Shown here piece by piece: positions 57,989 to 62,042 of a stretch of DNA of 62,042 nt. The translations under genes were made by a program, and so were the position numbers. Location of the stretch: NCBI GenBank assembly GCA_034406555.1, contig DASCRM010000008.1:1-62042 (forward strand), read 5' to 3'. Within the stretch, counting starts at the first letter, position 1, and every line of letters starts with the position of its first letter. The notes beneath the pieces were generated by a model. That model had not been told where the DNA came from and made no database searches. It saw only the letters and a list, made by a program, of their open reading frames with translations. The stretch is from Dehalococcoidia bacterium. Its GTDB lineage: Bacteria > Chloroflexota > Dehalococcoidia > UBA2979.

Positions 57989-58040
57989 CGGGACAGGCAG
58001 GGATCGAACCTGCGACCGATGGATTTAAAGTCCAATCTCC
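57989..58040 (-). pseudogene. tRNA-like 3' fragment (D-stem 3' half, anticodon arm, variable loop, T-arm, 3' acceptor strand); Lys-like, anticodon loop CUUUAAA
   Basis: Minus strand reads GGAG-A-TTGGA-CTTTAAA-TCCAT-CGGTC-GCAGG-TTCGATC-CCTGC-CTGTCCC-G. The T-arm is perfect, and the variable/T region is nearly identical to the E. coli tRNA-Lys pattern (TGGTCGCAGGTTCGAATCCTGC). No matching 5' acceptor strand or D-stem lies upstream. Confidence 0.65.
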
Positions 58041-58083
58041 GGCTGCTTCCGCGGATGGAATGATGGCGCGTGACCGGCGAACA

Positions 58084-58089
58084 TTGACA
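58084..58089 (+). promoter_or_regulatory. candidate -35 hexamer TTGACA for the helicase operon
   Basis: Exact TTGACA about 50 nt upstream of the preferred start at 58140. Only a weak -10 candidate (GATAAC, 58107-58112) follows after 17 nt. Confidence 0.35.
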
Positions 58090-58090
58090 G

Positions 58091-58102
58091 GAACACTTGT
58101 TC
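58091..58102 (+). promoter_or_regulatory. LexA (Cheo/SOS) box candidate, perfect GAAC-N4-GTTC
   Basis: GAACACTTGTTC is a perfect palindromic core. It sits in the spacer immediately after the TTGACA. Confidence 0.5.
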
Positions 58103-58118
58103 TGCTGATAACGTATAC

Positions 58119-58130
58119 GAACGTATGTAC
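58119..58130 (+). promoter_or_regulatory. second, imperfect LexA-box candidate (cGAACGTATGTACg)
   Basis: GAAC-GTAT-GTAC has one mismatch to GAAC-N4-GTTC, and its C...G flanks match the CGAAC...GTTCG consensus. It lies just upstream of GGAGG (58131-58135) and ATG 58140. Confidence 0.4.
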
Positions 58131-58139
58131 GGAGGCAGC

Positions 58140-60437
58140 ATGGGGTTGGAGCAGGCGATCACGGCATTGCGCAAAGACCGATCCACGTCGGACGGCTTCG
58201 TCGCGTGGCGTTCATTCGACGCGCGTGAGGCTCACTACGCAGCGTGGCCGGCGGACATCGATGGTCGAATCGTCGGAGCCCTCGCGAAGCGGGGCATCAA
58301 CCAGCCATACACACACCAGGCACAGGCGATCGAGGGCGCCCTCGATCGCGGCGACCAGGTGATCGTGACGCCGACGTCGTCGGGGAAGACGCTCTGCTAC
58401 TCGGTGCCGGTACTGGAGTCGATCTTGCGCGACCCGTCTGCACGCGCGCTCTACCTCTTCCCCACGAAGGCACTCGCGCAAAACCAGCTTCACGAGCTAC
58501 ACGAGCTGGTGACCGAGGCCGAGATCGACGTCAAGACGTACACCTACGACGGAGATACTGCGCCAGCCGCGCGTCGCTCCGTGCGTGCCGCCGGACACGT
58601 CGTAATCACGAACCCCGACATGCTGCACACCGCGATCCTGCCCAACCACACGAAGTGGGTGCGACTGTTCGAGAACCTGCGGTATATCGTGATCGACGAA
58701 CTGCACACCTATCGAGGCGTCTTCGGCTCACATGTCGCCAACGTGATCCGCCGCCTGCTGCGCATCTGCCGCTTCTACGGCTCTGACCCGATTTTCATCT
58801 GCTGCTCCGCCACGATCGCGAACCCGGCTGAGCTGGCACGTGACCTCACGGGCCGCGAGGCGGACCTCGTCGACGATGACGGCTCCCCGAACGGTGAGCG
58901 CGTGATCGCGATGTTCAACCCCCCAATGGTGAACCCGGAACTTGGCATCCGCAGAGACCTGGTGCACTCGACGCTCGACATCGTCGCGCGGCTGCAGGAG
59001 GCCGACGTGCAGACGCTGGTCTTCGCGCGCACGCGCAACAACGTCGAGCTGCTGACGCTGTACCTGCGCGAGCAGCGCTGGTCGCGGCCAGGCCAGCGCC
59101 CGGAGGTACGCGGGTACCGCTCCGGCTACCTGCCGAAGGAGCGGCGAGCGATCGAGGCGGGTCTGCGCGACGGCGAGATCCGGACGGTCGTCGCGACCAA
59201 TGCGCTCGAGCTTGGCATCGACATCGGCGGGCTGGATGGGGCGGTGCTCGCGGGCTACCCGGGCACGCTGGCGAGCATGCGACAGCAGATGGGGCGCGCC
59301 GGGCGGCGGGGTGACCCCTCGCTTGCCGTCATCGTCGCGAGCTCCGCACCACTCGATCAGTTCATCGTGCAGCACCCCGAGTACTTCTTCGGCGAGAGTG
59401 TCGAAGCCGGGCTGATCAACCCTGACAATCCGATCGTCGCCGCGGAGCATCTTAAATGTGCCGTCTTCGAACTGCCGCTCGAACCAGACGAGCACGATGT
59501 GCTGGGGCCAGACACCGAGGCGATCCTCGACGTACTCAAGGAGGACTACTTCGTCCACCGCACGCCTGAGCGCACGTACTGGTCGAGCGAGGCGTACCCG
59601 GCGCAGGAGATCTCGCTGCGACTCGGAGCCGAGCAGAACGTGGTGATTGTCGACCAGGGCCCGCCAGCGAAAGTGATCGGCGAGGTCGATCGACCCGCTG
59701 CGATGGTGCTGGTCCACGACGAGGCAATCTATGTGCACGATGGCCGCCAGTACCACGTCGATGTGCTCGATTGGGAGGAGCTGAAGGCCTACGTGCGCCC
59801 GGTCGATGTCGACTACTACACCGACGCGAACGTGGCGGTCGACCTCAAGGTGCTCGACGAGTGGGACGGTGCGACCGAGCCAACTCTTTACGGTCACGGG
59901 GAGGTCTCGGTTACGTACCTCGCCACGATCTTTAAGAAGATCAAGCTGCATACGCACGAGAACATTGGATGGGGCAAGATCCGCCTGCCACAGGACGACA
60001 TGCACACCGGGGCGTTCTGGCTCGCACTTCCCGAAGCCGTGACGGCGAGAGCGTCGACGCAGGATGTCGAAGGAGTGCTGCAGGGGCTCGGGCAACTGCT
60101 GGTGAACGTCGCGCCGCTGCTGCTGATGTGTGACCCCCGAGACCTGTATCTCGCGACGCAGGTGAAGTCGCCGCATACTGAACGTCCGACGATCTTCCTC
60201 TGGGAATCGGTGCCCGGCGGCGTCGGCTTCGGGCAGCACCTCTTCGATGCCACCGGTCAGCTGGTCACGATCGCGAGTGAACTGGTGAGCGGGTGTGAGT
60301 GCGTCGAGGGGTGCCCCGGCTGCGTGGGGCCACCACCTGCACCCGGCCTCGGCACGAAGGCGCTGGTCCAGCGTGCGCTGGCTGCCGTGGCCAGCGGCGC
60401 AGGCACTGCGGTCGTCGCCGGCGCTGCGGCCTCTTGA
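58140..60437 (+). CDS. DEAD/DEAH-box helicase with C-terminal DUF1998 four-Cys domain (MrfA/YprA-like)
   Basis: ORF 58125..60437. ATG 58140 follows GGAGG. Walker A TPTSSGKT, motif II DELH, and C-terminal CECVEGCPGCVGPP. Confidence 0.85.
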   Translation: MGLEQAITALRKDRSTSDGFVAWRSFDAREAHYAAWPADIDGRIVGALAKRGINQPYTHQAQAIEGALDRGDQVIVTPTSSGKTLCYSVPVLESILRDPSARALYLFPTKALAQNQLHELHELVTEAEIDVKTYTYDGDTAPAARRSVRAAGHVVITNPDMLHTAILPNHTKWVRLFENLRYIVIDELHTYRGVFGSHVANVIRRLLRICRFYGSDPIFICCSATIANPAELARDLTGREADLVDDDGSPNGERVIAMFNPPMVNPELGIRRDLVHSTLDIVARLQEADVQTLVFARTRNNVELLTLYLREQRWSRPGQRPEVRGYRSGYLPKERRAIEAGLRDGEIRTVVATNALELGIDIGGLDGAVLAGYPGTLASMRQQMGRAGRRGDPSLAVIVASSAPLDQFIVQHPEYFFGESVEAGLINPDNPIVAAEHLKCAVFELPLEPDEHDVLGPDTEAILDVLKEDYFVHRTPERTYWSSEAYPAQEISLRLGAEQNVVIVDQGPPAKVIGEVDRPAAMVLVHDEAIYVHDGRQYHVDVLDWEELKAYVRPVDVDYYTDANVAVDLKVLDEWDGATEPTLYGHGEVSVTYLATIFKKIKLHTHENIGWGKIRLPQDDMHTGAFWLALPEAVTARASTQDVEGVLQGLGQLLVNVAPLLLMCDPRDLYLATQVKSPHTERPTIFLWESVPGGVGFGQHLFDATGQLVTIASELVSGCECVEGCPGCVGPPPAPGLGTKALVQRALAAVASGAGTAVVAGAAAS

Positions 60438-61762
60438 CCACCGAGGCACCCACGAAGCTCACGCTGACGCGAGACCAACTGCGACGGCTGATCCGGTGTA
60501 TCGAGCAACACCGCCCACCCGTGCTGCCGGTGGCGGAGCATGTCCCGACCCTGAAGGACCTGCTGCCGGACTTCGCGACGCGTGCGACAGAGGGCGGTGC
60601 ATGTGTCTATCGAGAAGTCCGATACGCGCTGAGCGACTATGTCGGTGACAGGACGCTCGAGCATCTTCCGGATGTGCAGGGAGCGACGCTCGAACTGCTC
60701 GCGCCCGAAGAGGAGCTAGCGGCCGTCACGCCCGAGGATGTGCTCTACCTCGACATCGAGACGACGGGCCTCGGCGGTGCCGGGGCGATGGCGTTCCTCG
60801 TGGGGACGGGAGTGCTGGAGGGCGAGCACTTCGTGCTGCGCCAGTACCTCGCGCTCAGCCCGGCGAATGAGGGCGCGCTGCTGGACGCTGTGCTCGAAGA
60901 CTCGCAACTGCAGAGCGGACCGGTACTCGCGACCTACAACGGCCGGCGCTTTGACGCTCCGGTGCTCGACGAGCGGGCGACGATGCATCGTCGTCGCGCC
61001 GGCTTCGACTCGCTACGTCAGCTCGATCTGCTGCATCCGGTGCGGACGGCGTACAGCGGGCTGCTCGACTCCTGCCGGCTCGCGGTCGTTGAGGCGGACG
61101 TGCTTGGTCTCACGCGTCACGACGAGGATGTGCCGGGCGCACAGGTGCCACAGTGGTACTTTCAATTCCTGAGATCGGGCGACGCCCGTCATCTGCTGCC
61201 GATCATCAACCACAACGCACAGGACGTCGTCTCGCTCGGCGCGCTCGTCGCGCGCCTTGACAGCGCCGTTCGCCGTATCGGCCTCGTACCGTTCGATGAG
61301 ATCGCCGTCGGTCGCCTGCTGGCTCGGAGACGCGACCCGCGAGCGGTGGAGTTCCTCACCGGGGCTCTCAACGAGCTGCCGCAATCTGAGGTCCGACGTG
61401 ATGTGCTCATGCGGCTCGCGGTGACGCACAAACGGGCCGGTGATCGCAACCTCGCTGAGCCGCTCTGGGAGGAGCTAGCGGAGAACGGCGGTCGAGGCGG
61501 GCTGAGAGCCCATGTGGAGCTGGCGATCTACTACGAGCATCATGTTCGCGACTTGTCCCTCGCCATCAGTGTTGTCGATCGGGCGCTGGCAACCGTGAGC
61601 CAGGCGATCGCGCCGTGGGACCAGGCAACAGAGACAGTGTGGCGCTCGACTCTAGAACATCGGAAGTCGCGACTCGAGCGCCGGATCGGTCGCGATGCCG
61701 GGACGGAAGGCCGGCTCACGCGGCCTCGGATGAGCCAGGCCGCTCAGAAGGTGACGAGGTAG
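60434..61762 (+). CDS. RNase H-like (DEDDh) exonuclease with C-terminal helical repeat region (MrfB/YprB-like)
   Basis: Exo motifs LYLDIETTG, NGRRFDAPVL and HNAQDVVSL. There is no ATG before the exo I motif. The TTG at 60434 overlaps the helicase stop (TTGA) and is the proposed start, but this is uncertain. Confidence 0.7.
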   Translation: MTTEAPTKLTLTRDQLRRLIRCIEQHRPPVLPVAEHVPTLKDLLPDFATRATEGGACVYREVRYALSDYVGDRTLEHLPDVQGATLELLAPEEELAAVTPEDVLYLDIETTGLGGAGAMAFLVGTGVLEGEHFVLRQYLALSPANEGALLDAVLEDSQLQSGPVLATYNGRRFDAPVLDERATMHRRRAGFDSLRQLDLLHPVRTAYSGLLDSCRLAVVEADVLGLTRHDEDVPGAQVPQWYFQFLRSGDARHLLPIINHNAQDVVSLGALVARLDSAVRRIGLVPFDEIAVGRLLARRRDPRAVEFLTGALNELPQSEVRRDVLMRLAVTHKRAGDRNLAEPLWEELAENGGRGGLRAHVELAIYYEHHVRDLSLAISVVDRALATVSQAIAPWDQATETVWRSTLEHRKSRLERRIGRDAGTEGRLTRPRMSQAAQKVTR

Positions 61763-61941
61763 AACGCTCCGCCGAGCACGCCGTTAGACACTGGCAGCGG
61801 GCGTCAGAGAATTGTCAGCGTCTCGTTACCGGAACGACCCGACCGGCTCCGATGCTCGCGACTCTCGGCTGGGGTGCACTGTACCTCCGCGGTACTGGCG
61901 TGGGTAGCTCCAGCCAGACGGGGAAGTGACTGGAGATCCAC

Positions 61942-62042
61942 ATGGACACGAAGACAGTCAGCTCAGCGTCCGAAGAAAGCGTGCAACGCCTCCGGGTGAT
62001 CTTTGAGTACTCAAGTGCCGGTCTGATGGTGGTCAGCGACGG
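61942..62042 (+). CDS. 5' end of an unidentified gene (possibly a PAS-type sensor), truncated by the window edge
   Basis: ATG 61942 follows TGGAGA. Only about 33 codons are visible (MDTKTVSSASEESVQRLRVIFEYSSAGLMVVSD). Confidence 0.3.
   Translation, partial: MDTKTVSSASEESVQRLRVIFEYSSAGLMVVSD

Noticed and set aside
57989-58040. A functional ochre-suppressor tRNA (anticodon UUA).
   Set aside because: Only the 3' two-thirds is tRNA-like. No 5' acceptor strand complementary to CTGTCCC exists upstream, and the only possible D-stem would enclose a 16-nt loop. A pseudo-tRNA or att scar is far more likely.
57316-58362. A 348-aa ORF as a single real protein.
   Set aside because: It is a chimeric read-through. 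It runs from upstream non-coding sequence through the truncated YbaY-like gene, then through translated tRNA-derived sequence, and ends overlapping the helicase gene in another frame.

Overview
This 62-kb window is high-GC, roughly 70% by eye, and almost fully coding. It is probably from a Chloroflexota/Thermomicrobia-like or actinobacterial genome, but that is inference only. I found no rRNA, intact tRNA or CRISPR array. All family calls come from motifs read in the translated ORFs, because no database search was possible.

- **1-25 kb, oxygenase and acyl-CoA region:** an accessory catabolic region. It holds an MBL hydrolase, a MaoC-like protein plus an SDR, a nitroreductase, a serine hydrolase and two tandem-EthD proteins. 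It also holds two MFS transporters, a frameshifted luciferase-like (LLM) monooxygenase, a cyclase, a lone carboxyltransferase and a crotonase. Further genes are two NtaA/DszA-type LLM monooxygenases, a Baeyer-Villiger monooxygenase and acyl-CoA dehydrogenases.
- **25-45 kb, the most unusual part:** 17 co-directional minus-strand genes. They combine three tandem-fused (double-module) family III CoA-transferases with a thiolase-like/DUF35 pair. They also include lipB-lipA, a complete E3-E1alpha-E1beta-E2 2-oxoacid dehydrogenase, a four-subunit 2-oxoacid:ferredoxin oxidoreductase, a small Cys-rich protein and an acyl-CoA dehydrogenase.
- **45-49 kb:** a divergent single-module CoA-transferase and an overlapping pair of NirJ/Ahb-like radical SAM/SPASM genes.
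- **49-52.6 kb, lower-GC islet:** fbp and a class I aldolase, followed by three gene remnants (integrase, S8-peptidase N-terminus, RTX repeats).
- **52.6-57.4 kb, copper operon:** ends in a 1083-aa CopC-CopD-cytochrome c fusion.
- **57.5-61.8 kb:** a truncated YbaY-like gene abuts a tRNA-like 3' fragment. Next comes a promoter region carrying two GAAC-N4-GTTC (LexA/Cheo-type) boxes, then an MrfA/MrfB-like helicase-exonuclease pair.

No transcription-factor gene was recognised anywhere in the window.
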